Program-made: the position numbers and the translations under genes
Notes under the pieces: generated by a model
Seen by the model: the letters and a program-made list of their open reading frames with translations, nothing else
Told to the model about the DNA's origin: nothing
Databases searched by the model: none
Origin: Clostridia bacterium
GTDB lineage: Bacteria > Bacillota > Clostridia > Christensenellales > Aristaeellaceae
DNA length: 64,000 nt
NCBI GenBank assembly: GCA_017937505.1
Contig: JAGBDL010000162.1
Coordinates: 29-64,028 of the forward strand
Direction: 5' to 3'
Shown: positions 47,384 through 57,033 of the stretch, piece after piece
Numbering within the stretch: the first letter of the stretch is position 1
Layout of the letters: every line of letters starts with the position of its first letter

Positions 47384-48187
47384 GTGAACACCATGTTGGA
47401 AGAACTCAAAAAAGCCTTCCGCGCCCGGCAATTCTGGGTGTCGTTTGGCACATTCTTTGTCGTCATACTCGGCTATTCGCTGGCAAGCTGGCTTGGCAGC
47501 ATTAGCGCTGGCGAGTATATCGAATACCGTGAAAGCGCGCTTCACATGGCGCTGGGCGGCGTGTATTTCGGCGGGTTTATGCTGATGTTCCCGTTCTGCG
47601 TCGCATTCTGCTACGCCACCGGGCAGGTGGATGAAATGCGCTCCGGCATGATGCAGTGGCGGGCCTTCCGCAGCTCCATTGGGGCGTATGTGAAGCTGAA
47701 GATCGGCGCAGGCATGATCGTGGCGGCGTGCGCGACGTGTACGGCGTTTGTGCTTCATGCCATCCTGTGGTACAACATCGCGTTGCCGATCGAGCCGGAG
47801 GTTTACCCGAACCATGCGATCTATTTTAGTAGGCAGTTCATTTACCACGACGTCTATGCCCTGTGGCACGGTCTGCCGCTGTATGTGGGCACGACCATCG
47901 GCATGGCGTTTACGGCGGCAATCTGGTCGGTGATCGCGCTGGCGATCTCCATCTGGATTCCCGATAAGCTGCTGGTCGTGGCGATTCCCGCGGCGATCTT
48001 CTACATCTGGAATGCGGATATTTCCTTCTATGTCTTTGGTGTGCCGCTGCCGTCCCCGGCCAGCCTGTTCAATGACGGACTGTCGGTTCAGAAGATGGCG
48101 ATCACATTGCTCATGTATGCGGTCGCCTTTGCGGTCAGCGCGGGCGGATTCTACATGGGATGCAGAAGGAGGTGCCAGCATGTCTGA
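47384..48187 (+). CDS. polytopic membrane protein (ABC-2-type permease-like)
   Basis: About 6 hydrophobic helices, in an operon with the ABC ATPase. Family not recognised from sequence alone. Confidence 0.55.
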   Translation: MNTMLEELKKAFRARQFWVSFGTFFVVILGYSLASWLGSISAGEYIEYRESALHMALGGVYFGGFMLMFPFCVAFCYATGQVDEMRSGMMQWRAFRSSIGAYVKLKIGAGMIVAACATCTAFVLHAILWYNIALPIEPEVYPNHAIYFSRQFIYHDVYALWHGLPLYVGTTIGMAFTAAIWSVIALAISIWIPDKLLVVAIPAAIFYIWNADISFYVFGVPLPSPASLFNDGLSVQKMAITLLMYAVAFAVSAGGFYMGCRRRCQHV

Positions 48188-49037
48188 GAATCAAAGGCCG
48201 ATGCACTGGATGTGCGCCGCGCTCTATGGGCATTTCGGCCTCTGGGCGCATTCGCTGCGCACCGTCCTGATGCTCCTCTTCGCGCTCATGATGAACTACA
48301 TGCTCGTAAGAAGCGAGGGTGCGCGCGTGATGAACGCCGGGTATCAGGTACACATGGGCGAAATGCTCTTTTCCTATCTGCATCAGGGCTTCAATATGAT
48401 CATGGCGAGCCTGGCGTTCTTCGTGATGATGTCGGAAATCCCCAAGCAGGTGCCGTATCAGAAGTATTCGACGCTGCGCATGACCAGACGCCGGTGGCTG
48501 GCGTCGCTGATGCTTTTCTGCATGATGATCGTCCTGCTGTATCTCGCACTCATGATCGTTTCCTCTGTTCTCTTTTCGCTGCCGCATGTGACGCCGGGTG
48601 GCGGATGGAGCGATCTGGAGCGGCTTGCGGCTGATCCGAACTTTATCTATGAGCCCCCGTACATTCCTGCGTATGTTACCTCAAGCCTGTCGCCGCTTGC
48701 GGCGGGTGTGATCGCGGGCGCGGTGCTGTTCCTGTTCTGGACGGCGATGGCGTTCATCATTCTGCTGTCTTCGCTCTATCGCGCGCCGAATGTGGGCATC
48801 GTCATCTGCGTGGCGTTCATCACCGGCAGCATCGTGATTCTCGTGGAGAGCATCCCCGGCCTGATCCTGCCGGATCAGTTTTCCACGATGGGCAGAATCG
48901 CAGCGCGATTTGAGGAGCACAAGCTGACGGCGGTGATGCTGTCCATGGGCGGCTGGCTGCTGCTGAACGGGCTGCTCGCGGCGCTGATGGACAGGCGCGT
49001 GCAGCGGATGGACATCGAGTTTTCCGGGAAGGAGTAA
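48180..49037 (+). CDS. polytopic membrane protein (second permease-like component)
   Basis: ATG 48180 follows gaaggagg and overlaps the upstream stop (ATGTCTGA). Multiple TM helices. Confidence 0.55.
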   Translation: MSENQRPMHWMCAALYGHFGLWAHSLRTVLMLLFALMMNYMLVRSEGARVMNAGYQVHMGEMLFSYLHQGFNMIMASLAFFVMMSEIPKQVPYQKYSTLRMTRRRWLASLMLFCMMIVLLYLALMIVSSVLFSLPHVTPGGGWSDLERLAADPNFIYEPPYIPAYVTSSLSPLAAGVIAGAVLFLFWTAMAFIILLSSLYRAPNVGIVICVAFITGSIVILVESIPGLILPDQFSTMGRIAARFEEHKLTAVMLSMGGWLLLNGLLAALMDRRVQRMDIEFSGKE

Positions 49038-49043
49038 CGGCGA

Positions 49044-49739
49044 ATGATTACGGTGGAAAATGTGAGCAAGCAATACGGCAGCAACAGCGTGCTGCGGGGG
49101 ATCTCCGTGCAGCTGCACGAGGGAGCAATCTACGGCCTTGTCGGTGCGAACGGCTGCGGCAAGACGACGCTGATGCGCTGCATCTGCGGCTTCTCCCAGC
49201 CGACGTCCGGGTACGTCGTCGTCAACGGCTGCCTGATCGGCGGCAAGTCCGCGCTCAGACGGAATCCAGAGCTGGCCAAGGCTAACCCGGACATCATCAG
49301 CCGGGTATCCGACTTTGCGCCGAGCACCGGCGTGATCATCGAGACGCCGGGCTTCCTGCCACATGAAACGGGCCTGCAGAACCTCATGCTCCTTGCGGCG
49401 ATGTCCGGCAGAGCGGACAGGCTCCGGGCCCGGCGCGCCATGATCGAGCTGGGGCTCGACCCGGACGAGAAGAAGCCCGTCTGGAAGTATTCGCTCGGCC
49501 AGCGTCAGCGGCTGGGCTTCGCGCAGGCGTTCATGGAAGACCCGGACGTGCTGATTCTGGACGAGCCGTTCAACGCGATGGACAAGGCCTCCATGGAGGA
49601 GGTGCATGACCTGCTCCAGCGCTTCAAGGCGCAGAACAAGACCGTCCTGCTGGCCAGCCACAGCGCGGAGGACATCGCGAGGGCCTGCGATGTGATCTAT
49701 GAGATGGAGGACGGCGAGCTGCATCTTGTGAAGCGGTGA
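49044..49739 (+). CDS. ABC transporter ATP-binding protein
   Basis: GANGCGKTTLM (Walker A), SLGQRQRLGFAQAF, LILDEPFNAMD (Walker B). Confidence 0.9.
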   Translation: MITVENVSKQYGSNSVLRGISVQLHEGAIYGLVGANGCGKTTLMRCICGFSQPTSGYVVVNGCLIGGKSALRRNPELAKANPDIISRVSDFAPSTGVIIETPGFLPHETGLQNLMLLAAMSGRADRLRARRAMIELGLDPDEKKPVWKYSLGQRQRLGFAQAFMEDPDVLILDEPFNAMDKASMEEVHDLLQRFKAQNKTVLLASHSAEDIARACDVIYEMEDGELHLVKR

Positions 49740-50296
49740 GCGCACATGTCCTGAAACGATGGCACGGTGAGGCGGTACGAATGATGGAGGGCCATCCGGC
49801 TTTGATCAGCTCCTGCGAGGAGCATACGGCGCTCCTGGTCAAGCGATACGGCGCTCAGCTAGTTGGTCTTTGTTCCCGGCTGCTGCGGGATCACGATCTG
49901 GCACAGGATGCAGTACAGGAAACCCTTTTGAAAGCCTACCTGAAGCGCGGGAGCTTTCGGGGAGAAAACGAAAAGAGCGAAAAGGCCTGGCTGATGCAGA
50001 TCGCGGTGAACGTCTGCCGCGATCAGATGCGGACGAGCTGGTTTCGCCTTGCCGACAGCGAAAGTGCTTTGGATGCGCTGAACCGGGCGTCTGTGGAGAC
50101 GTCGGAGGAGGCTGTGCTGCTCCGTATCATGATCGGTTCTCTACCGAAGAAGTACAGCGAGGTGATTTGGATGTACTACTATCAGGACATGACGGTATGC
50201 GAAATCGCCGCTGTGATCGAAAGATCAACAGCCGTTGTGTACCGAAGGCTGAGAGAGGCCAGGCAAATGCTCAGATCATCCATGCAGCCGGATTAG
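49736..50296 (+). CDS. ECF-type RNA polymerase sigma factor
   Basis: Region 2 DLAQDAVQETLLKAY...WLMQIAVNVCRD. Region 4 YYQDMTVCEIAAVIERSTAVVYRRLREAR. GTGA overlap with the ABC gene stop. Confidence 0.85.
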   Translation: MSAHVLKRWHGEAVRMMEGHPALISSCEEHTALLVKRYGAQLVGLCSRLLRDHDLAQDAVQETLLKAYLKRGSFRGENEKSEKAWLMQIAVNVCRDQMRTSWFRLADSESALDALNRASVETSEEAVLLRIMIGSLPKKYSEVIWMYYYQDMTVCEIAAVIERSTAVVYRRLREARQMLRSSMQPD

Positions 50297-50396
50297 GCCG
50301 GCCGTGAAAACGCGCACATCTTTATGCAATCCGAAAAACAGCGGCGAAGAGCCAGACACTTCGATGCAGAGCCATGCCGCTGGTGAAAGAGCAGAG

Positions 50397-50582
50397 ATGA
50401 ACAAACAAATGAACGAAATACGATGGATTCACTGTCCGATTTGCGGCAGAAAAACACGAACGAGGGTATATCAGGACACTGTGCTGGTGAAATTCCCGCT
50501 GTTTTGTTCCACATGCAAGAAAGAAACCCGAATCAATGTGGTACAGATGAAAATGGTTGTAAGCGACGAGCCAGACGCCTAG
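50397..50582 (+). CDS. cysteine-rich KTR-type zinc-ribbon protein
   Basis: IHCPICGRKTRTRV...FPLFCSTCKKET. A small protein of this kind typically accompanies element-borne sigma factors. Confidence 0.7.
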   Translation: MNKQMNEIRWIHCPICGRKTRTRVYQDTVLVKFPLFCSTCKKETRINVVQMKMVVSDEPDA

Positions 50583-50652
50583 AACACAGAGCCTGCTTCC
50601 CCGGTACGCGAGGTTGCAGGCTCTGTCTGTGTATTGGACGATATGCGCCGTC

Positions 50653-50998
50653 TCAAGGCTCGGCGTTCTTCGTGCGGAGCGTTTTGAGGATGGTCTCGAC
50701 AACCGGAATCAGTGCGGCGGCTTCCTGCTCGGTGCAGCTCTCCATTTGAACGCGCAGCGCTCGTTTGGTGGAGCTTTCATGGCTCAACTCAGGTGTGAAA
50801 ACGTCCCGCGCGTCGATCTTGAGCAGACGGATCAGGGGGTAAAGCGTCCCCATCTTCGGATTTCCCCCTGTAGTTTTCGATGTTCATGATCGTCCGGGGA
50901 TCGGTGTTGATCTGACTGGCGACCTGCTCCTGCGTAAGCCTCAGATCATTTCGGGCCACCTTCACGGCATCGCCCAAGGGTCTGGCATAATCTTGCAT
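50653..50998 (-). pseudogene. XRE-family HTH regulator, frameshifted
   Basis: The N-terminal half (MQDYARPLGDAVKVARNDLRLTQEQVASQINTDPRTIMNIENYRG) and the C-terminal half (MGTLYPLIRLLKIDARDVF...) lie in different frames. They join near the C/G homopolymers at about 50850-50870. Confidence 0.65.
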
Positions 50999-51294
50999 TG
51001 TATTTCACCTCGGGTGAATTCTACAATACCCTGTGTTTCGTTTGAATTCATTGCAGTTCCGCTGATTGAGTGTATATATGTATTGTAATGAATGGCGAAG
51101 AATTGTGATACGAGCCTCTCTGAACGAAATCCATAATGCGCATGTGAATTTCAATGCGGTGTAAGGGAAAAGCATATCCTGGAGGGTGAACTGCAGTTCA
51201 CCTTCCTTTTCTTTATCTTCATTTTCCTTCATTGCCGTTCACCTCCCTCTGTTTGATTCGCAGCTTACCAACGAATCAAACGGAGGAAGAACGC

Positions 51295-51717
51295 ATGAAA
51301 ACGATCAATCTTCGGGAGCTGTATCCCGACGCCTATACGTCAGATTATTTTGTTGAGGTGCCGGATGAGGTTGCGGAGGTTTTCATCACCTTTGAGCGCA
51401 TGGAGAACGCCTATAAGCAGCGCACCTATTACCACAGGGCATATTACACGCTCGACTGCTCCGATGGCATTGAGCAGAGCATCGTGTTCCGTTCGCTTAC
51501 GCCGGAGGAAATCTATGAGCGGAAGCTGACGCGGGAGCAGCTTCATGCGGCGATTTCGTCACTCCCGGACAAGCAGGCCAAGCGCATTTACGCGCACTAC
51601 ATCCTTGGCATCAGCAGAGCCGAGATTGCGAAGGCAGAAGGGGTCAGCAAGGTTGCTGTCACATACTCCATACAGCGGGGGATGCGAATGCTTTCCCGCA
51701 GAATAACGGGATTCTGA
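51295..51717 (+). CDS. sigma-70 region-4 domain regulator of conjugative/mobilisable elements
   Basis: LPDKQAKRIYAHYILGISRAEIAKAEGVSKVAVTYSIQRGMRML. A 10-bp perfect hairpin (51251-51260 / 51272-51281) sits just 5' of the RBS. Confidence 0.7.
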   Translation: MKTINLRELYPDAYTSDYFVEVPDEVAEVFITFERMENAYKQRTYYHRAYYTLDCSDGIEQSIVFRSLTPEEIYERKLTREQLHAAISSLPDKQAKRIYAHYILGISRAEIAKAEGVSKVAVTYSIQRGMRMLSRRITGF

Positions 51718-51953
51718 ACAATTTGATGAGAGCCTTTGGCAGCGTCTACAGCTTCGGCTGACGTGTCAGACTCCTTCCCAGCATGGAAAGAGACGATGAG
51801 TTGCCGCAAGGCAATCAGAGCCCAAAAAGGCAGATACGCATCCGATTCTCTGATCGGCTCGTATCTGCCGGTTTCTTATATTCCTTTCTGGTTGATCTGA
51901 AACTCTTCAGTCCTTGAGCCACCCTCATACTGCGCCTGCACGCAAAATCGCAT

Positions 51954-52364
51954 TCAGATGAGGACGCCCTCGCAGTGGTCGATCTCGTGCTGTATGATCT
52001 GCGCCGTGAAGCCGGAAAAGGTTCTGATGCGGCTTTGGAACTTCTCGTTCTGCCACTGCACCTTGATGGTTCGGAATCGCTTCGTCTTCCGAACGCCGGC
52101 GAGAGACAGGCACCCCTCCTCCACCTCGTAGGGCCCGGACTGCTTGACAATGACGGGATTGAACATGACCATATATGCGCCGTCGCTCTCAAAGGCGATA
52201 ATCCGCTTGCCGACGCCGATCATATTGGCCGCCATCCCCACGCAGCCCTCCCTGTGGGCCGCCAGCGTATCCAGCAGATCCTGCGCAACGCCGAGATCGT
52301 CTGCCGTGGCGGGCTCGGATTTGCGCGCAAGGAAGAATGGATCTCTGCATATCTCACGAATCAT
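51954..52364 (-). CDS. def: peptide deformylase (short, element-borne copy)
   Basis: GMAANMIGVGKRII, EGCLSL and QHEIDHCEG are the three PDF motifs. Confidence 0.9.
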   Translation of the reverse strand: MIREICRDPFFLARKSEPATADDLGVAQDLLDTLAAHREGCVGMAANMIGVGKRIIAFESDGAYMVMFNPVIVKQSGPYEVEEGCLSLAGVRKTKRFRTIKVQWQNEKFQSRIRTFSGFTAQIIQHEIDHCEGVLI

Positions 52365-52948
52365 GTTGTTCCTTCCTCTCTGTTGCTTTGCTCATAGTAT
52401 TTGTCGATGCCCCCAAAGCCCGGAATCATCCGGTTCTTCCTTGTCTTTTCGAGAAAGCTATTCATGCGCTTTTCAAACTCTTCTGGGCGCTTTCTTGCGG
52501 CATCGATATAGGCAACCCGTATCCTGCGGTAGGCATCGGGAAAGGCGTTGTAGTTTTTCCACGCAATGGGGTCTGCCTTGAGTCTGCTCAGGATGTCCTC
52601 GGGAAACACATAGGGCGCGGTGATCAGCGGGAGCACGCTTCCCCGGACGGTTGGATGAAGCAGACCACGGTCATTGAGCCAGATCAATCGCTCGATGTTC
52701 GGGCGTGAGTAGGCGCTCGACGGGCTTCTCGGCGTAAATCGCTGCGCCCTGTGGAGCGGATCGATGTGCTTGATGGTGCTGTCAATCCAGCCAAAGCACA
52801 GGGCTTCCTCCACGGCATCGTTGTAGGAAAGGCTTTCCTCTCCGGTGGCCTTCATCGGGAAGACGAACCAGATTTCCTTTTCGGTTTCAAAGTGGCTCGA
52901 AAGCCACTCGCGCCAGGCATTTCGGTCTGCTGTATAGAATGTCTCCAT
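52361..52948 (-). CDS. YdeI/OmpD-associated family protein
   Basis: DRNAWREWLSSHFETEKEIWFVF...EEALCFGWIDS is characteristic of YdeI-like proteins. ATG 52948 lies 8 nt after gggaggg. Confidence 0.75.
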   Translation of the reverse strand: METFYTADRNAWREWLSSHFETEKEIWFVFPMKATGEESLSYNDAVEEALCFGWIDSTIKHIDPLHRAQRFTPRSPSSAYSRPNIERLIWLNDRGLLHPTVRGSVLPLITAPYVFPEDILSRLKADPIAWKNYNAFPDAYRRIRVAYIDAARKRPEEFEKRMNSFLEKTRKNRMIPGFGGIDKYYEQSNREEGTT

Positions 52949-53255
52949 CGAGCGCGATCCCTCCCACAAAGCATCGTGGCTCCAAAACGGCAGTTCTTCT
53001 TGCCTTGATTATACTTCCTTAGTCAGAGTGTGTAAAGACGATAACTGGTGGGTCATTCCTGCGGTACGCACTTGTAAAGAGGGCGGCGACACAGGCGGGC
53101 CGCTGATCAGATGATAACAGGCTGCGTCTTATTCCTAAACGGAAGGTCAACGACGTTATTCGCTGTAAAAAATGCGGTATATTTCAGAAACTCGTTGTAT
53201 TTTTTGTGTTTGCGTACTATACTATACTTGCATGATGACTGACGGAGGTGCTTGT

Positions 53256-54569
53256 ATGTACCGAATTGCGATTGAAAAGCTATTGAAATGGAAGCAAAGC
53301 AAACGCCGCAAACCGCTGATTATCGAGGGCGCACGTCAGGTTGGCAAGACCTGGCTGATGAAAGAATTCGGCAGGCAGGCGTATGCGGATACCGTGTATA
53401 TCAATTTCGACTCCAACTCCAGAATGGCCGAGCTATTTGCATCCGACCTGGATACGGAACGCCTGATCATGGGGCTCGAACTCTATGCGGGACGTAAAAT
53501 CGATCCTGACAATTCCTTGCTGATCTTTGATGAAGTGCAGGAAGTTCCACGAGCGTTGACATCGCTGAAATACTTCTACGAGAATGCGCCGCAGTATCAT
53601 ATCGTGTGCGCCGGTTCTCTGCTCGGTATCGCCTTGCATCAGGGGACGTCTTTCCCCGTTGGCAAGGTGGATTTCCTGAAGCTCTATCCGCTTTCATTCA
53701 GGGAATTTTTGATGGCAACCGGCAAGGAGCGTTTTGAGAAGCTGCTTGAAAAGCGGGACTTTGGCATGATGACAAGCTTCAAACAAACATACACGGATGC
53801 GCTGAAGCATTATTATTTTGTTGGCGGTATGCCCGAAGCGGTGCAAAGCTTTGTTGAAAACAAAGACTTTAATGATGTTCGGGAGATTCAAAAGAGAATC
53901 CTGGCCGCTTATGAGCAGGATTTCTCCAAACACGCTCCGAACGAGATTGTCCCACGGATTCGTATGCTGTGGAACAGCATCCCTTCCCAGCTGGCGAAGG
54001 AAAACAAGAAATTCATATACGGCCTTGTCCGTGAAGGCGCTCGTGCGAAAGAATATGAAACTGCAATCATGTGGCTGAGTGATTGCGGCCTCGTTCATAA
54101 GGTCAGCCGTGTCAATGCGGCAGGCATTCCGCTGAAGGCCTATGAGGATCTCAAAGCGTTCAAGCTGTTCTTGGTCGACGTTGGATTGCTGGGGTGCATG
54201 ACAGGGCTCCGCCAGCGCACATTGCTTGACGGCAATGCGCTATTTGTCGAGTTCAAGGGAGCCCTTACGGAACAGTATGTTTGCCAGCAGCTTAAGACCA
54301 TCGAGGATTTAGGGATTTACTATTACACAAACGACAGGGGCTCCTGCGAGGTTGATTTTGTTGTCGATACTGGCGAAAGAATCATTCCCGTTGAAGTGAA
54401 AGCGGAAGTCAACCTGAGAGCTAAGAGTCTCAAAACCTATCAGGAAAAGTTTTCGCCTGAGGTATCTGTCCGTACATCCATGGCAGATTACAGAAAAGAA
54501 GACTGGCTTGTCAACCTGCCGCTGTATGCGATTGAAACGATTGCAAAAGTCGTAGATGATCTGGGTTAG
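53256..54569 (+). CDS. AAA-type ATPase with C-terminal DUF4143-like domain
   Basis: LIIEGARQVGKTWL (P-loop), LLIFDEVQ (Walker B), and a conserved C-terminal EVDFVV...PVEVK restriction-endonuclease-like fold motif. Confidence 0.8.
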   Translation: MYRIAIEKLLKWKQSKRRKPLIIEGARQVGKTWLMKEFGRQAYADTVYINFDSNSRMAELFASDLDTERLIMGLELYAGRKIDPDNSLLIFDEVQEVPRALTSLKYFYENAPQYHIVCAGSLLGIALHQGTSFPVGKVDFLKLYPLSFREFLMATGKERFEKLLEKRDFGMMTSFKQTYTDALKHYYFVGGMPEAVQSFVENKDFNDVREIQKRILAAYEQDFSKHAPNEIVPRIRMLWNSIPSQLAKENKKFIYGLVREGARAKEYETAIMWLSDCGLVHKVSRVNAAGIPLKAYEDLKAFKLFLVDVGLLGCMTGLRQRTLLDGNALFVEFKGALTEQYVCQQLKTIEDLGIYYYTNDRGSCEVDFVVDTGERIIPVEVKAEVNLRAKSLKTYQEKFSPEVSVRTSMADYRKEDWLVNLPLYAIETIAKVVDDLG

Positions 54570-54580
54570 GAGGTACCGTT

Positions 54581-55309
54581 ATGAAAAAGCTTTATGAAAA
54601 GAGTGAAATCTGGTTCGCTGTGGCATGGATCATCGTCTATGTCGTCGTTATGGGCAATCTGCGGGGCAATTTTGGAGATGAAAGCCTGTATTCCATGCTG
54701 GCGGCACTCGTCATGGCCAGCGTGCTCACCGTGTTCATCGTCAGGAACAGGCTGACAGACAGGTTCGGACTTGTTCTGTGGACGGACAGCAGGAAGTACC
54801 TGTACTTTATTCCGTTTGTTTTGCTGTGCACCGTGAATCTGTGGTTCGGCGTTTCCCTGCATGACAGCATGGGTCGGCAGATCGTTGCGGTGATGACCAT
54901 GGCGCTGGTAGCCTATGTGGAGGAGATTATTTTCCGGGGGCTGCTGTACAGAGCCATCGAGAAGGACAGCGTGAAACAGGCGATTGTGATTTCCGCAATT
55001 ACCTTTGGCGCGGGGCATATTGTCAATCTGCTGACCGGGCAGGGCAGTCTGGATACCCTCTTACAGATGGGCTACGCCATCGCCATCGGATTTGCTTTTG
55101 TCATGTGCTTCTATAAAAGCGGCAGTCTGGTTCCCTGTATAGCCACCCATGCCATCGTCAATGTAACCTCCAAATTCTCCAATCACAACATCCCGGAGCA
55201 GGCTGAAATGCTCTGGAGCTACGGAAGCTTTTTGTTTATTGTCCTTGTGGCAGGCGGGTATGCGCTCTACCTGCGCAGCGTACCCAAGTCTGAACGTATT
55301 GGTAGGTGA
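54581..55309 (+). CDS. CPBP (CAAX/Abi) family intramembrane glutamic endopeptidase
   Basis: EEIIFRGLL, FGAGH and IATHAIVN motifs within a polytopic protein. Confidence 0.85.
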   Translation: MKKLYEKSEIWFAVAWIIVYVVVMGNLRGNFGDESLYSMLAALVMASVLTVFIVRNRLTDRFGLVLWTDSRKYLYFIPFVLLCTVNLWFGVSLHDSMGRQIVAVMTMALVAYVEEIIFRGLLYRAIEKDSVKQAIVISAITFGAGHIVNLLTGQGSLDTLLQMGYAIAIGFAFVMCFYKSGSLVPCIATHAIVNVTSKFSNHNIPEQAEMLWSYGSFLFIVLVAGGYALYLRSVPKSERIGR

Positions 55310-55329
55310 AGAATCGGGTGGTGAACAAA

Positions 55330-55797
55330 ATGGAAATCAGAATGGCGAATGAATCGGATATCGAGGGCTGGATGAGCCTTGTGCGCAAGGTGAAGGATCA
55401 TTTTCCCGGGCTGGAAACGCCAGCTGCGTTGGATGAGCATCGGGATACGGTTCTGGATTTTATGCGCAAAGAATCCGCCATCTGTGCCAGGATCGAGGGC
55501 AGGATCGCCGGGGCCTTGCTGTTTTCCAAAGCGCCTGCGATGCTCTGCTTTCTGGCTGTCGATGCCGAATATCGCAGACAGCATATTGCCAGAGAGATGG
55601 TGAACCATATGCTCAGCCTTTTGGACGCCAATCAGGATGTGGTTGTCACGACATACCGGGAAGGCGACCCGGAAGGGGTTGCTGCAAGAGCGTTTTACAA
55701 GCATCTGGGGTTTGAAGAGGGAAGGCTGACGGAGGAATTTGGAAGTCCTGTTCAGGAGTTTATTCTATATCGATCAACACGCAGCGCGAGTAGATAA
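55330..55797 (+). CDS. GNAT family N-acetyltransferase
   Basis: LAVDAEYRRQHIAREMV (acetyl-CoA-binding Q/RxxGxG/A-like segment), FYKHLGF. An alternative GTG start at 55306 overlaps the CPBP stop. Confidence 0.8.
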   Translation: MEIRMANESDIEGWMSLVRKVKDHFPGLETPAALDEHRDTVLDFMRKESAICARIEGRIAGALLFSKAPAMLCFLAVDAEYRRQHIAREMVNHMLSLLDANQDVVVTTYREGDPEGVAARAFYKHLGFEEGRLTEEFGSPVQEFILYRSTRSASR

Positions 55798-55900
55798 AGA
55801 ACCTTTTCAATTGAGACGAGTATAAGAACTTATTTTGCATGCTTTCAGACAAAGAAAAATGCCCATCGGTTCATATCCTGTGAATCAATGGGCATTGTTT

Positions 55901-56296
55901 TTATTCATCGTATTTTTCCTGCAAGTATGCATATACAGCGCAGAGGAAATCTTCTGCACCTTTTACCAGCTTTTGAGTGTCCTCAATGGAGCAAATGAAG
56001 AAATCCTCATAATCGCTGCGGTTGCGAATCAGGGAAGCGTTGGAGATCAGCTTGCCATATTCGCGGGGCAGGATTTCAGGTTTCAGATAGTTCATGGTGA
56101 ACCGCGCAATGACAGCAGAATGCTTCTTGTAATCCTCGCCATCGAGAGCAATCACAGCGCGCATGGCATGGAAAATGCAGTAATAGGCGCGATTATTCGC
56201 TGAGGCGTAATCCTCCGCGTGCATGTCGCGCTTGGCGGTTTCAAGTGTTTCTGCTGCTTTTGTAAGACGATACCTGGAAAGATCGATCAGGGTCAC
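55901..56296 (-). CDS. HEPN domain toxin (HEPN/MNT pair)
   Basis: ANNRAYYCIFHAMRAV and the IRNRSDYED motif. GTG 56296 lies immediately after the MNT stop. Confidence 0.75.
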   Translation of the reverse strand: MTLIDLSRYRLTKAAETLETAKRDMHAEDYASANNRAYYCIFHAMRAVIALDGEDYKKHSAVIARFTMNYLKPEILPREYGKLISNASLIRNRSDYEDFFICSIEDTQKLVKGAEDFLCAVYAYLQEKYDE

Positions 56297-56297
56297 A

Positions 56298-56639
56298 TCA
56301 GGCAACGATCCGCACCCCCTCGCGCTGTACATTCTTGAAGAAGGGCAGCAAGTCAGCATTCGCATGATAGTAAGCCCGGTTTTCTACGATGGGCGAAACA
56401 ACGATGCCGAAATCCATCAGCACTTCTGCTGCGGCTTCTCCGATCTGCCAATGTTTTTCTTGGATCGTTTGCCGGGAAGAATCCACGAGGAACATCACAT
56501 CAATGTCAGAGCCATCATCTGCATCATTGCGGGCATATGATCCAAAAAGAATCACGTCAAACTGTTCCTGCGGGAAGATGTTTGCCAGGTTTTCACGAAG
56601 CTGTGCAATGATCGTGCGCACTTCAAGCTGCGAACACAT
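56298..56639 (-). CDS. MNT-type nucleotidyltransferase antitoxin
   Basis: ILFGSYARNDADDGSDIDVMFLV is the minimal nucleotidyltransferase GS...D.D motif. Confidence 0.85.
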   Translation of the reverse strand: MCSQLEVRTIIAQLRENLANIFPQEQFDVILFGSYARNDADDGSDIDVMFLVDSSRQTIQEKHWQIGEAAAEVLMDFGIVVSPIVENRAYYHANADLLPFFKNVQREGVRIVA

Positions 56640-56706
56640 GCGAAATCCCTCCTTCCTTCAAAAGTATTATAGCACAGAGGGCTTAATTCATTCAAGGGGC
56701 GACGGA

Positions 56707-56970
56707 TCATGCAGAATGCTCATGACGGTATAACGAGAAGGGTGGTTGATTGTCTTGCAGAGACGGTCTGCCACCTTTTTCTAATACAGCAAATACTTCA
56801 TTGCGAAACCCTCTGGTTTGCAGCTCACGCCAGTTTTGCTCAATGGGATTCATTTCCGGAGTGTATGGAGGTATATGCAGAATAGATATTCCTTCTGGAA
56901 CTTCCAACGTTCCGGATTTATGCCATGCTGCACCGTCACAGATGAATCGACTGTCACGCTGTCCATACAA
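56707..56970 (-). pseudogene. IS630-family transposase remnant (C-terminal DDE fragment)
   Basis: ICDGAAWHKS...ILHIPPYTPEMNPIEQNWRELQ is the third acidic-residue region of IS630/Tc1 transposases. No N-terminal part is present. Confidence 0.7.
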
Positions 56971-57033
56971 AGAGGAATGCGTGAGCTTGACCGCTCGATA
57001 AAAAAGTTTAAGAAATTTCGGTCAAGACATTAA
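56953..57033 (+). pseudogene. 3' remnant of a second sigma-region-4 regulator gene
   Basis: VTLSIQRGMRELDRSIKKF parallels VAVTYSIQRGMRMLSRRITGF at the end of the 51295-51717 gene. It is truncated upstream by the IS630 remnant. Confidence 0.35.
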
